Source: Patescibacteria group bacterium
GTDB lineage: Bacteria; Patescibacteriota; Doudnabacteria; UBA920
NCBI GenBank assembly: GCA_038065175.1
Contig: JBBTRN010000018.1
Location: 1,445-47,978 of the forward strand
DNA length: 46,534 bases
Direction of reading: 5' to 3'
Part shown: positions 9,820 through 18,670 of the stretch, one piece after another
Numbering within the stretch: the stretch's first letter is position 1
Layout: every line of letters starts with the position of its first letter
The notes under the pieces: model-generated
The model's database searches: none
What the model saw: only the letters and a program-made list of their open reading frames with translations
Told to the model about the DNA's origin: nothing
Program-made: the position numbers and the translations under genes

Positions 9820-10131
9820 TCACGAAAATACGACATGGATCCTGGCCTGACAGGCCTGCAAGGAATTCAGGATGCGTTCAATGTCGAACTCGTCCTCGAA
9901 GCAGTAAATTGGGACGCCACTATCGCTATTCCTAGCACTCAATTCGAGAATTACTTCTACATTCGGATTGTTTCTTTCATGCACGAACCGGAAAACTCTC
10001 CAGATTTGCTCTTCCGGTATCTCCTTTGCCCCATCCGGAACATGAAAACAGATACAGATTGATGCTGGGATGCCGACAAACTTTCTATATTCGTCCGTAC
10101 CCCCGTGATTTTTGGCGATTGCTAGTATCAT
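9820..10131 (-). CDS. hypothetical protein
   Basis: strong SD AGGAGGT before ATG 10131; co-directional with the 9809 gene. Confidence 0.55.
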   Translation of the reverse strand: MILAIAKNHGGTDEYRKFVGIPASICICFHVPDGAKEIPEEQIWRVFRFVHERNNPNVEVILELSARNSDSGVPIYCFEDEFDIERILNSLQACQARIHVVFS

Positions 10132-10235
10132 AGACCTCCTTCTTGCCAGAGCCGCCTTCTTGACGGTTAGCAAGATAGTCTATAACATACATTTGGAGTG
10201 GCCAACGCCACCACAAAATGTATTGCGGTAATCTT

Positions 10236-10982
10236 ATGGAAAATCTGATTTACCAATCTTTAGGTATTTCGCCTAACGAGGCGAAAATTTACGAATCATT
10301 GGTGGAAAGTGGCGAAGCAGGGGTTAGCGATATTTCGGTATCTGCCAAAATCCATCGGCGTAATGCTTATGACGCCATATACAGGTTAATAGACAAGGGT
10401 TTAATTTTTGAAATATTGTCCAAGGGGGAAAGCAAATACAACGCGGTTGACCCGGATAAGTTAACCGAACTGCTGGCGGAAAAGCAACAAAATTTGCAAC
10501 AAATCCTGCCCGGACTTAAAAAAAAGTTTAAACAGCGCTTCGCTCCGGAAGAAGCTTATATCTACCGCGGGCTGGAAGGACAAAAAAATATTTTCAGGGA
10601 TGTCTTGCGTGTGGGAGAGAACAGCTATTTCATTGGCGCCAAGGGCGGCTGGTACGACCCGCGGCTGACCTCTGCCCGAAAAGCGTTTTTCGCGGAAACC
10701 AACCGAAAAAAAATTAAATTCATTCAGCTCTTTGATTACGAAATTAAATCTGTGTCTGACTTCCCAAAATATTTTGAGGGCAACCTGCAATACCGGTATT
10801 TGCCCAAAGCTTATTCCACCAATTCCGCTATTCATATCTTTGGCGATTATGTTATAACCTATACGGGCATGGGCATAAAAAAACTTGACGAGAACGTTGT
10901 ATTTTTCGTTATTAGAAGCAAAAACCTTGCTGAAAGCTACCGTAAATGGTTTTGGTATATGTGGGAGATGTCTACAAAATGA
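10236..10982 (+). CDS. TrmB-family HTH transcriptional regulator
   Basis: LGISPNEAKIYESL...HRRNAYDAIYRLIDKGLI winged helix plus C-terminal effector domain. Confidence 0.85.
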   Translation: MENLIYQSLGISPNEAKIYESLVESGEAGVSDISVSAKIHRRNAYDAIYRLIDKGLIFEILSKGESKYNAVDPDKLTELLAEKQQNLQQILPGLKKKFKQRFAPEEAYIYRGLEGQKNIFRDVLRVGENSYFIGAKGGWYDPRLTSARKAFFAETNRKKIKFIQLFDYEIKSVSDFPKYFEGNLQYRYLPKAYSTNSAIHIFGDYVITYTGMGIKKLDENVVFFVIRSKNLAESYRKWFWYMWEMSTK

Positions 10983-11494
10983 AGACTAACTACATTGCCA
11001 TTGCCGCCATTACTTTAGACGGCAAAATTGCCAAAGGAAAAAACCATATGTCCGACTGGACAAGCCCAGAAGACAAAGTTTTTATGCGTGCACTACTCGC
11101 TAAATGCGACGTGGTTATAGTGGGCAACAACACTTACAAAACAGCCATAAAACCCTTGTCCAAAAGAAACTGTATTGTGTTCAGCAGGTCAGTTAATAAG
11201 CCAGTCAGAAAATCAGGCAATCTGCTATTCATAAACCCTAATAAGACAAATACAAAAAAATTAATCGGCAAACTGGGGCATCGAAACATCGCTATTCTCG
11301 GCGGCGCACAAACCTACACCTACTGTCTGGAAAACGAAATGCTGGACGAACTGTATTTAACAGTTGAGCCAATTGTCTTTGGCCAAGGGATTGTTTTATT
11401 CACCTCATCAAAAGACTTAAATAGAACCTTCCAACTCGTTTCCATGGAAAAACTTAATGAGCAAGGCACTTTGCTTTTAAAATACAAACATTAG
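10979..11494 (+). CDS. dihydrofolate reductase family protein
   Basis: AAITLDGKIA, IVGNNTY, ILGGAQTY and LDELYLTVEPIVFGQG (DHFR/RibD-C fold); ATGA overlap with the regulator. Confidence 0.85.
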   Translation: MKTNYIAIAAITLDGKIAKGKNHMSDWTSPEDKVFMRALLAKCDVVIVGNNTYKTAIKPLSKRNCIVFSRSVNKPVRKSGNLLFINPNKTNTKKLIGKLGHRNIAILGGAQTYTYCLENEMLDELYLTVEPIVFGQGIVLFTSSKDLNRTFQLVSMEKLNEQGTLLLKYKH

Positions 11495-11520
11495 ACACGC
11501 AGGCGTTATTCTGATAAAAT
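11492..11520 (+). promoter_or_regulatory. promoter of a probably leaderless TA operon
   Basis: TAGACA-17 nt-TAAAAT, ATG 8 nt downstream. Confidence 0.55.
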
Positions 11521-11528
11521 TCTATTAT

Positions 11529-11786
11529 ATGGCTCGATCAATAATTACAAAAATCAGGGGCGGTAAAATTACATTGCCTAAAGGACTCCAAAAAGAATGG
11601 GCACAAGGCGAGGTTGTTTTCATGCGCTCGCCCGGCGGGTTTACGGTTAAATCTATTACTCCTCCGTCTCTTACCACTCTCTCTGGACGCTTGAGTGAAG
11701 CGGCTAAAAAAGCAAAACTTACTCCCAAAGACGTTAAAGACGCTGTTGCCTGGGCAAGAAAAAAGACATATGCGGGTCGTGCTTGA
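11529..11786 (+). CDS. AbrB/MazE-like antitoxin
   Basis: TKIRGGKITLPK swapped-hairpin-like N-terminus; overlaps a downstream PIN gene. Confidence 0.65.
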   Translation: MARSIITKIRGGKITLPKGLQKEWAQGEVVFMRSPGGFTVKSITPPSLTTLSGRLSEAAKKAKLTPKDVKDAVAWARKKTYAGRA

Positions 11787-12352
11787 TACTAATGTATTAA
11801 TCTCGGCTTTTCTGTTTGGCGGCCGGCTAGGCAGAATAGTCAAGCTAATTGAACAAGGACAAATCGTGCCTTGTTTTATTATTTCAACCTTCGAAGAATT
11901 AAGGAAAGTCCTGGCTTATGAAAAATTTGAGCCGATTTTTCTAAACGCCAAATCTTCTACTGCCGAAGTTATCTAAGGCGTGCAGGATAAAAGTGAGATA
12001 TTAAGCGACCCTGCTACTATCCCCGACATTCTGCCCGACAATAACCCTGACAACTATAGACCTTTTGCAAAATAACATTATGGCTAATTTTCAACAATTT
12101 CGGCCATCTGGCCAATCCGCCAAAGGCGGACCGCTTAACTATGGGTAAGCATCAGAATTTATTTTGCCCAGCTACCTCGAAATTCTAAAAAATTATCTCA
12201 AAAGCTTATTTTGCAAGAGGTCTTATATTTTAGCCGCCGCGAGCACAGCCAGGGTAAAATACTTAGTTACTGGCGATAAATTATTATTGGCCCTAAGGAC
12301 TTACAAAGGCATTCCAATTATTACCCCTTCACAATTTTTAAAAATTCTTTAA
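11770..12352 (+). pseudogene. PIN-domain (VapC-like) toxin, disrupted
   Basis: MRVVLDTNVLISA...PDNY|ILAAA...LVTGDKLLL can be rebuilt to about 137 codons; TAA at 11974-11976 and a 166-bp insertion at 12058-12223. Confidence 0.85.
12058..12223. mobile_element. MITE with 18-bp terminal inverted repeats and TAT target duplication
   Basis: AGACCTTTTGCAAAATAA ... TTATTTTGCAAGAGGTCT (1 mismatch), TAT on both sides; removal restores the PIN frame. Confidence 0.88.
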
Positions 12353-12452
12353 AACAAAAATAAAAGAGCCCTGCACCAGTTGTTTCGTGACTTGAAACTT
12401 CCAGTGCAGGGCCAAGGGCATGAGATTAAGGCTCTCACAGACCATGCCTTGT

Positions 12453-13838
12453 TTATCGGTCAAAAGGCATATATCGGTTGATTTTGCTGGCAAACCAGCC
12501 GTAGAGCCCTCCCTGACCTTGCGGCAACAAAGGTGATGTTGCGCACTTGCCCAAAGGGCCAAGACCAAGGATTACGGCCAGGTAGCTGATGTTTGCCAGC
12601 CAGCGCTGCCATCGCCGCGGGTGGGTAATGGGACTCGCGAAAGCACAGAGGTCGAGATTGTAAAATTTCCGCGGATCGAAAATTAATTTCTCGATATCTG
12701 CCGGCCGGATCAGCCATCCCAAGTTCCCGGGTAGCAGCACCTTGGCCAGATATGGCCGAAGCACCACATTGGGCCAACGCCGCGCATAGCGGTAGCTGTT
12801 ACGCACCGTTGCCCACAAGTCCTTAATGCCATTGGCCGGGTAAGCCATGATCATCAAAACTTCGGAACGCAAACCAAGCCGGCCGCATTCATCGAGGCAC
12901 TCTACAACATCGCTGGTGTGGTTTTGGATTTTATTCTGTTCTTTCCACACGCTCTCGTCCGGACCGTCCACACCAAAGCCTACACACCACAATCCCGAAC
13001 AGCGAACCAATTCCCCAAAGTTGGGGATGGTTCGACTAGCCTTAAGAAATGTGTTCATGCAGGACAAGACCCGCATCCGGAACTTCACACCCGACCCGCC
13101 GAACACCTCAGCCAGCACGCGCATATACTCAGCCACGCTTTCCGGATTCTGGAAAAAATCCAGTGCGCTGGCGTAGCATTCAAGGCTGGTAAGCCCGAAT
13201 GCTTTGGCTTTATCCCGCAAAAACTCCAAATCCTGACGGAACAAACCAAGTAGGCGATGTTGCTCGCGCTCATTCTTTCGGGCTGCACAGAAATGGCAGT
13301 TGAAAATACAGCCCTGCGAAAGCACAAGGGCGAACTCGCGCGCCAGGTATAGCCGAAGCCGCTTATCCCCCATACGTTCCCAGACCGGCTGAAAAGGGAC
13401 TACGAACGCATTAGGCAAAACGCCAAAGACTTCGGCACAATCTTCCTCTGTGGCTGCCTGAATCGCGCGTTTACCGAAAATCCTACGGAACTCATCTTGC
13501 GACAACCCCCTAATCACCTGCCCTCCCAGAACCACTTGGACGTTAGGATAATTTTCCGCAACGTACTGGCAAAACTGAACTACTTGCGGAAAGTATGGGC
13601 AGCCAACAACGGACACGCCAACGACCTGGGCTTTGGCAAAAAGTCCACTGACACGGTCGTCCGCAATACAGTCAACATTCAAGTCAACAATATCTACCGT
13701 GTGGCCCGCGGCCATCAACTGCGCTGCGAATGTTAGAAGCGAACCGTTCATGTATACCTTCTGTTTCCCATAAGGGTACTGAAGATCCACGAGAACGATC
13801 TTTTTGGATGACATTTGCTGCAAAATCACTAAGTTCAT
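12453..13838 (-). CDS. cobalamin-binding radical SAM protein
   Basis: N-terminal B12-binding-like domain (VVGVSVV, VVLGG), GCIFNCHFC motif, SD AAGGAGGT. Confidence 0.85.
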   Translation of the reverse strand: MNLVILQQMSSKKIVLVDLQYPYGKQKVYMNGSLLTFAAQLMAAGHTVDIVDLNVDCIADDRVSGLFAKAQVVGVSVVGCPYFPQVVQFCQYVAENYPNVQVVLGGQVIRGLSQDEFRRIFGKRAIQAATEEDCAEVFGVLPNAFVVPFQPVWERMGDKRLRLYLAREFALVLSQGCIFNCHFCAARKNEREQHRLLGLFRQDLEFLRDKAKAFGLTSLECYASALDFFQNPESVAEYMRVLAEVFGGSGVKFRMRVLSCMNTFLKASRTIPNFGELVRCSGLWCVGFGVDGPDESVWKEQNKIQNHTSDVVECLDECGRLGLRSEVLMIMAYPANGIKDLWATVRNSYRYARRWPNVVLRPYLAKVLLPGNLGWLIRPADIEKLIFDPRKFYNLDLCAFASPITHPRRWQRWLANISYLAVILGLGPLGKCATSPLLPQGQGGLYGWFASKINRYMPFDR

Positions 13839-14022
13839 CTGAAATACCTCCTTTAGGTTTTCATAGGGCTACTAGTATTGCCCTACAAAAAACCCAAATC
13901 AGATTTTGCAACATTTTATTTTACTTTTAAAAATATCATATAAACATAGTATTGTCAATTATTAGCGTCAAAATTGTGTTATAAAATCCTCATATTTTAA
14001 AGGTTTTTATATACTTTATAAT

Positions 14023-14066
14023 TTTTGTCGAAAACTATTGACACAAATGAAGATGTTAGCTATTAT
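14023..14066 (+). promoter_or_regulatory. promoter with overlapping palindromic operator candidate
   Basis: TTTTGTCG-N7-TTGACACAA; TTGACA-17 nt-TATTAT then ATG 6 nt later. Confidence 0.55.
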
Positions 14067-14072
14067 CCTAAT

Positions 14073-14867
14073 ATGATCGAAAACAATTCTCCCATTTATA
14101 AAAACCTTTTATCTATAGGTTTTAGCGAAAAAGGGGCCAGTGTGTATTTAGCGCTTTTGGAATTAGGCAAACGCACAGTCTCGCCCATTGCCAGAAAAGC
14201 CGGCATCAATAGAACAACGGCCTATGATGTATTGGATTCACTGGTTGGAAAGGGTTTAGTAAGCGTTTCGGGCAAAGAACCACTGCAGGAATACGTCGCG
14301 GAATCGCCGGACAAAATCCTGCTATTGGCCCAAAGAGAAATTGAAAGCAAACAACAACATTTAAAACAAGCTGAAAATCTAGTGCCTCAATTAAAGTCGC
14401 TCCATAACATTTCAGACCGCGCTAAAATCACTTTCTATGAAGGCAAACAGGGGCTTGAACAGGTATATGAAGATACTTTAACCTCCCACGAACAAATCCG
14501 CGCCTATGCTACTTATGACGATATGGAAAAGGCCTTGCCTGGCTACTTTCCTAAATATTTTTACAGACGTGCAAAAAAAGGCATAAAAATCCGTGCTATT
14601 TTTCCTCATACGGAAGCCGGGGTTAAGCTTGCGGGACAAAACAAAGAACAATTAAGGGAAACTGCAATTGTGCCAATACAAGATTTTTATTTTACTCCCG
14701 AAATTAATATTTATGACAATAAAACCATGATCGCTTCGTGGAAAGAAAAATTAGGCATAATAATAGAAAGCGCTGAGATAGCCGACGCAATGAAAAAAAT
14801 TTTTGAACTCGCCTGGGCAGAGGCAAAGAGACTAGAAGCAAACTCTAGTCAGACATCCAAAAACTAA
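14073..14867 (+). CDS. TrmB-family HTH transcriptional regulator
   Basis: GFSEKGASVYLALLELG...NRTTAYDVLDSLVGKGLV, FYEGKQG and EINIYDNK. Confidence 0.85.
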   Translation: MIENNSPIYKNLLSIGFSEKGASVYLALLELGKRTVSPIARKAGINRTTAYDVLDSLVGKGLVSVSGKEPLQEYVAESPDKILLLAQREIESKQQHLKQAENLVPQLKSLHNISDRAKITFYEGKQGLEQVYEDTLTSHEQIRAYATYDDMEKALPGYFPKYFYRRAKKGIKIRAIFPHTEAGVKLAGQNKEQLRETAIVPIQDFYFTPEINIYDNKTMIASWKEKLGIIIESAEIADAMKKIFELAWAEAKRLEANSSQTSKN

Positions 14868-14872
14868 AACAT

Positions 14873-15130
14873 ATGTTTTATTGCTACATTCTAAAAAGCA
14901 AAAAGGATAACAATCTTTATATTGGTTCAACAACTGACTTAAAGAGAAGGTTTCTTGAACACAATTCTGGTTTAGTAAGGTCTACAAAATCACGATTGCC
15001 CCTTAAGCTAATCTATTATGAGGCGTATTCTGCTGAAGCAGACGCCCGCCATAGGGAACATAATTTAAAACTGCGTTCTAAGGCTTTAGCTCAGTTACTA
15101 AAACGGATTCCTAAATCCATGCAGGGATAG
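14873..15130 (+). CDS. GIY-YIG nuclease family protein
   Basis: FYCYILKS...LYIGSTTDLKRRFLEHN...LIYYEAY...ARHRE. Confidence 0.9.
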   Translation: MFYCYILKSKKDNNLYIGSTTDLKRRFLEHNSGLVRSTKSRLPLKLIYYEAYSAEADARHREHNLKLRSKALAQLLKRIPKSMQG

Positions 15131-15132
15131 AC

Positions 15133-15232
15133 CCCCACACCAAAGTTTCCATTTGATGCACCGTAATTTTAGTAAAATTATCTAAAATCTATTACCCACC
15201 GATGAATTTTTATCAGAGCTTTGGTGTGGGGG
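15133..15232. mobile_element. non-autonomous CCC...GGG element with TAGAC direct repeats
   Basis: ACCCCCACACCAAAG (15131-15145) / CTTTGGTGTGGGGGT (15219-15233) perfect inverted repeat; TAGAC at 15128 and 15233. Confidence 0.75.
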
Positions 15233-15261
15233 TAGACAAGTCCTAAAATATCTGCTATAAT
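15233..15261 (+). promoter_or_regulatory. sigma70-type promoter with extended -10
   Basis: TAGACA-17 nt-(TGC)TATAAT. Confidence 0.65.
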
Positions 15262-15568
15262 ACCTATAGAAAAGTCATTCTTCTTCCCGCATAAAGCGGA
15301 GACAGAAAGAAACAAAAACAAAAACAATTTTATAGCCTTTGCCCTGCCCGTCCGCCTTTGGCAGACAATTTATGGGCAAAAGGACATTAAAGTCTTCTTG
15401 GGCTTTTCCTAAAAACCTCTTGTGCCATAATCCCTCGAAAGGGCAGGTACTCTAAGGGGTTTTTATTTTACCCCGGTAGAGAATGCGCTAATGATAGTAA
15501 TAATGGTAAGACTGGATTTTTTTGGAATGATAACGGTTTACCCCGCAAACTTGTTTTATGGGGTTTAC

Positions 15569-15597
15569 TTGACAAATAAACCGATTATATTTAAAAT
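15569..15597 (+). promoter_or_regulatory. promoter of the RHH-PIN operon
   Basis: TTGACA-17 nt-TAAAAT. Confidence 0.65.
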
Positions 15598-15630
15598 AAT
15601 ATTAAATATTATTGATAAATTTTTTCATTT

Positions 15631-15894
15631 ATGAGAACTACAACGAATGTTTCGATTACAGTCGCGCCGTCCTTATTGAAAGAGGCTAATGGTATTGCCA
15701 AAAGGGAAGGCCGGACACAAAGCGGGTTGTTTCGCGAGGCCTTAAGAAGGTATATAATGCAGGCGCAATTTCGTCAGCTCCAAAATTACGGCAAAACAAA
15801 AGCTAAGGCCATGGGCATTAAGTCATCGGATGTCAACCGGCTAATCCATGAATACAGACAGGAAAAAAGAACGGCTGCCAAAAATAATAGTTGA
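15631..15894 (+). CDS. CopG/ribbon-helix-helix antitoxin
   Basis: VSITVAPSLLKEANGIAKREGRTQSGLFREALRRY RHH pattern upstream of a PIN gene. Confidence 0.8.
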   Translation: MRTTTNVSITVAPSLLKEANGIAKREGRTQSGLFREALRRYIMQAQFRQLQNYGKTKAKAMGIKSSDVNRLIHEYRQEKRTAAKNNS

Positions 15895-16294
15895 TACAAA
15901 CATTTATGTATCTGCTTACATCTTCGGGGGGTTGCCTTCCGAAATTCTTGAACTTGCCCAAACTAAGAAAATAATTTTGTTTCTTTCACCGGAAATAATT
16001 AGAGAACTGGCTTCAATTTTAATACGCAAATTCTTTTGGACCCAAAGCCAAATTGACGATTTAACTAAAAACATACTCCAATTTGCCTTTTTAAATTATC
16101 CACACAGACCGGTAGCAGACGCTTTAGAAGACCCCGATGACCACCGAATTTTAGAATGTGCCCTAGAAGCTGAAGCTGACTGCGTGGTAAGCGGAGATAA
16201 TCACCTCTTGAAATTAAAAACTTTTTCAGGCATTGCAATTTTAACCCCTCGCCAATTCTTAGAAACTTACGGCTTCTTAAATAAAAAAGCATAG
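15848..16294 (+). CDS. PIN-domain (VapC-like) toxin
   Basis: IIVDTNIYVSA, DPDDHRILECA and VVSGDNHLL; exact start uncertain. Confidence 0.88.
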   Translation: MNTDRKKERLPKIIVDTNIYVSAYIFGGLPSEILELAQTKKIILFLSPEIIRELASILIRKFFWTQSQIDDLTKNILQFAFLNYPHRPVADALEDPDDHRILECALEAEADCVVSGDNHLLKLKTFSGIAILTPRQFLETYGFLNKKA

Positions 16295-16300
16295 GTACAC

Positions 16301-17062
16301 ATGCTCTACATTGTAGCCACCCCCATAGGCAATTTGAAGGATATTAGCATGCGCGCGATTGAGGCTTTAAGAGCGTGTGATTTTATAATTGCGGAGAATC
16401 CGAATTACTCAAAAAGGCTTTTGCAGTATATTGACGCCTTGCCTGTCATTGCGAGGAGGAGTGCGGCCGACGACGAAGCAATCCATTCCAAAAAAAAGAT
16501 TGCTTCGCCCCTCGAAGACTCGGGGCTCGCAATGACAAGAAAAGAAATCGTTCAATTCGCGGAGTTCAATGAACAGCAAGTAGTGAAGGACATAACGAGA
16601 AGATTAATGAAAAACGATGGATGTTTAATAACCGATGCGGGCACGCCGGGCATTTCCGATCCAGGATTCCGCTTAGTGCGCGAATGCGTAAAAAATAACA
16701 TTCAAGTGGTGCCTATCCCAGGAGCCAACGCCGCCATTGCTGCCTTGTCTGCTTCGGGTTTGCCAACGGATAAATTTTTATTTTTGGGTTTCCTGCAAAA
16801 AACCGCAACAAAAACCGTAGAAGCTTTACAAGCCACCGCGGATGCGGAAGCCACGGCAATTTTTTATGAATCACCGGAACGCATCCTAAAAACTATATCT
16901 TACATCTCAAATGCCTTTCCAACATCGCAGGTCGTTGTTGCCAGGGAACTAACCAAAATCCACGAGGAATTCATTCGAGGTACGCCAATGCAGGTTATGG
17001 ATAACTTAAAAAACCGGCCGTCTATAAAAGGAGAATTAACGGTATTAATATCATTTAAATGA
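16301..17062 (+). CDS. rsmI: 16S rRNA C1402 2'-O-methyltransferase
   Basis: MLYIVATPIGNLKDI, TDAGTPGISDPG, FYESPER and ARELTKIHEE; carries an in-frame palindromic insert. Confidence 0.93.
   Translation: MLYIVATPIGNLKDISMRAIEALRACDFIIAENPNYSKRLLQYIDALPVIARRSAADDEAIHSKKKIASPLEDSGLAMTRKEIVQFAEFNEQQVVKDITRRLMKNDGCLITDAGTPGISDPGFRLVRECVKNNIQVVPIPGANAAIAALSASGLPTDKFLFLGFLQKTATKTVEALQATADAEATAIFYESPERILKTISYISNAFPTSQVVVARELTKIHEEFIRGTPMQVMDNLKNRPSIKGELTVLISFK
16444..16537. repeat. palindromic element inserted in frame in rsmI
   Basis: TGTCATTGCGAG...GAAGCAATC...GATTGCTTC...CTCGCAATGACA; second copy at 46166-46248. Confidence 0.85.
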
Positions 17063-17081
17063 ACAAGAGTGATCAAGAATT

Positions 17082-17465
17082 ATGAATGACAAGAATAAAT
17101 ACAAAGACGGTAAAAATTTGCAAAAAAGGACTAAACAATTTGCTATTCGAATTATTAAACTTGCCCGATTTCTAGAAAAAGATCCTATCACACGGATGAT
17201 TGGCCGACAAATCTTTCGATCTGGAACATCCATTGCTGCAAACTACCGAGCTTCTTGCCGCTCCAGATCTGTTAAGGAATTTATTGCCAAATTGGGCATA
17301 GTAATTGAAGAAGCGGACGAAACTGAATTCTGGTTAGAATTACTGATTGAGTCCAGGTTGGTTGAACCAAATTTAATACAAGACCTTTTAAAAGAAGCTG
17401 ATGAAATAACAGCCATTATGGTAAGCTCAAAAAATTCAACAATAGCCAATCAGAAAAAAGAATAA
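17082..17465 (+). CDS. four-helix-bundle protein (23S rRNA IVS protein-like)
   Basis: QIFRSGTSIAANYRA...FIAKLGIVIEEADETEFWLELL. Confidence 0.9.
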   Translation: MNDKNKYKDGKNLQKRTKQFAIRIIKLARFLEKDPITRMIGRQIFRSGTSIAANYRASCRSRSVKEFIAKLGIVIEEADETEFWLELLIESRLVEPNLIQDLLKEADEITAIMVSSKNSTIANQKKE

Positions 17466-17507
17466 TTCTTATCATTCTTAATTATTCTCTAATTCTTATG
17501 TATTCCT

Positions 17508-18227
17508 ATGTCCGGGCACAGCAAATGGAGCCAAATTAAACGGACCAAAGGCGTTTTAGACCAAAAGCGCGGTTTGTTGTTTTCTAAGCTGTCAAAAAAA
17601 ATCAGTATAGCAGTCAAGGAAGGCGGGGGAAGCGGAGACCCGGGCGTGAATTACAAACTTAAAGCGGTGATAGACTACGCGCGCGACCAGGGTATGCCGA
17701 ATGATAACATTGAACGCGCGATCAAAGCCGCAACGGGCGGGGAAGCGGGACAAATTCAGGAAGCAGTTTACGAAGGCTACGGCCCTTTTGGCACGGCATT
17801 TTTGGTGGAAACGGCAACAGACAATACCAACAGAACATACCAGAACATCAAACATATTTTTACAAAACACGGCGGTTCCATAGGCGCGCAAAATTCCGTT
17901 GCCTGGCAGTTTACGGCTAAAGGACAAATTTTAGTGGAACGCGACGGTAATTTATCAGCCATTGAACTTACGGCAATTGATGCAGGGGCAGAGGATGTAA
18001 GGGCGTCGGAAGAGGGTCTAGAGGTTTATACCAAGCCTTTGGATTTGCAAAAAATTAAAGAAGCTCTTTCATCAAAAGGCGCAAAAATCGCTCGGGCGGA
18101 TATAATTAAAGAATCTTCCCAAGGCGTGAATCTTACAGATGAGCAAAAACCAAAAGTTGACGCTTTATTTGCTGAATTAGAAAACAACGAAGATGTGATA
18201 GCGGTACATACGAGCGCGAACCTGTAG
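17508..18227 (+). CDS. yebC: YebC/PmpR family protein
   Basis: MSGHSKWSQIK, MPNDNIERAI, YEGYGP and TDNTNRT. Confidence 0.93.
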   Translation: MSGHSKWSQIKRTKGVLDQKRGLLFSKLSKKISIAVKEGGGSGDPGVNYKLKAVIDYARDQGMPNDNIERAIKAATGGEAGQIQEAVYEGYGPFGTAFLVETATDNTNRTYQNIKHIFTKHGGSIGAQNSVAWQFTAKGQILVERDGNLSAIELTAIDAGAEDVRASEEGLEVYTKPLDLQKIKEALSSKGAKIARADIIKESSQGVNLTDEQKPKVDALFAELENNEDVIAVHTSANL

Positions 18228-18274
18228 TAAAAAACTGATAATTGATAATAAATAACTTATAACTAAAACAAACT

Positions 18275-18640
18275 ATGGCGTATAAGTTTAGAGACTGGCA
18301 AGTTTACAAAGACGCCAGAAAATTAAGACAAGAAATTAACCGACTTACTAAAACTTTTCCCAAAGATGAGCAATATATTCTTATTGACCAAATTAGAAGA
18401 GCCATTCTGTCGGTAATTTTACAAATTGCTGAAGGCTCTAACCGAAAAACTGAGAAAGACAAAAATCTCTTTATTAATCGGGCTTTGACATCTTTGGATG
18501 AGGTTATTGCTTGTTTTGATTGCGCTTTTGATGATAACTACATTTCTAAGGAAAAATTGGAAGAATTGGAGACTAAAATTGAAAATGTTTCTAGGCAGCT
18601 TAGAGGTTTTGCAAAGTATATTTCCAAAAGTTATAAGTAA
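18275..18640 (+). CDS. four-helix-bundle protein (23S rRNA IVS protein-like)
   Basis: FPKDEQYILIDQIRRAILSVILQIAEG...ALTSLDEV. Confidence 0.9.
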   Translation: MAYKFRDWQVYKDARKLRQEINRLTKTFPKDEQYILIDQIRRAILSVILQIAEGSNRKTEKDKNLFINRALTSLDEVIACFDCAFDDNYISKEKLEELETKIENVSRQLRGFAKYISKSYK

Positions 18641-18670
18641 TTAATTATAAATTATTAGTTAAAATTATTT

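Noticed and set aside
12366-12415. CCCTGCAC...GTGCAGGG as a further CCC...GGG mobile element
   Set aside because: The flanking hexamers do not match, and its position between convergent genes fits a simple terminator-like hairpin.
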